Assembly: GCF_963921235.1 (NCBI RefSeq)
Contig: NC_086108.1
Span: 49,540,001-49,604,000, forward strand
Origin: Mobula hypostoma
Lineage: Eukaryota
DNA length: 64,000 nt
Reading direction: 5' to 3'
A program made the translations under genes and the position numbers. Shown here one piece after another: positions 63,878-64,000 of this stretch (positions are counted from its first letter, which is position 1; every line of letters begins with the position of its first letter). Below the pieces are notes generated by a model, which was not told the origin of the DNA, searched no databases, and was given only the letters and a program-made list of their open reading frames with translations.

Positions 63878-64000
63878 GTAATTATTTAGCTAATTTCCAA
63901 CTCTGTAAAAGTCAGTGAAATTAAATCTTACAGCTTTTGCAATTAACACACATCAAAGTTGCTGGTGAACACAGCAGGCCAGGCAGCATCTCTAGGAAGA

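Overview
Eukaryotic, repeat-rich vertebrate DNA. The repeat families (CR1/HER1-like LINEs, V-domain SINEs, Neptune-type Penelope-like elements) point to a cartilaginous fish, probably a ray; this is inference. The only host gene I can support is laminin gamma-2 (LAMC2-like) on the + strand. I assembled 20 coding exons by hand from 16969 to 63877 (3060 nt, 1020 codons, all GT-AG, phases consistent); the gene continues beyond the window. Exon 1 encodes a signal peptide, sits behind a TATA/AP-1-like promoter and is missed by the ORF track. The protein has gamma-2 architecture but keeps a gamma-1-type nidogen-binding motif, a BMP-1-type processing site and a Cys-flanked RGD. The rest is transposon-derived: an internally deleted Academ DNA transposon, a full-length dead Tc1, a solo LTR nested in a hAT MITE nested in a Penelope tail, an L1-clade insertion with a twin-priming inversion, RTE/Rex1/CR1 fragments, and Penelope-like termini carrying minimal hammerhead-ribozyme motifs, one with an intact core inside the pre-mRNA. 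Comparisons with human/mouse laminins are from memory and need alignment.
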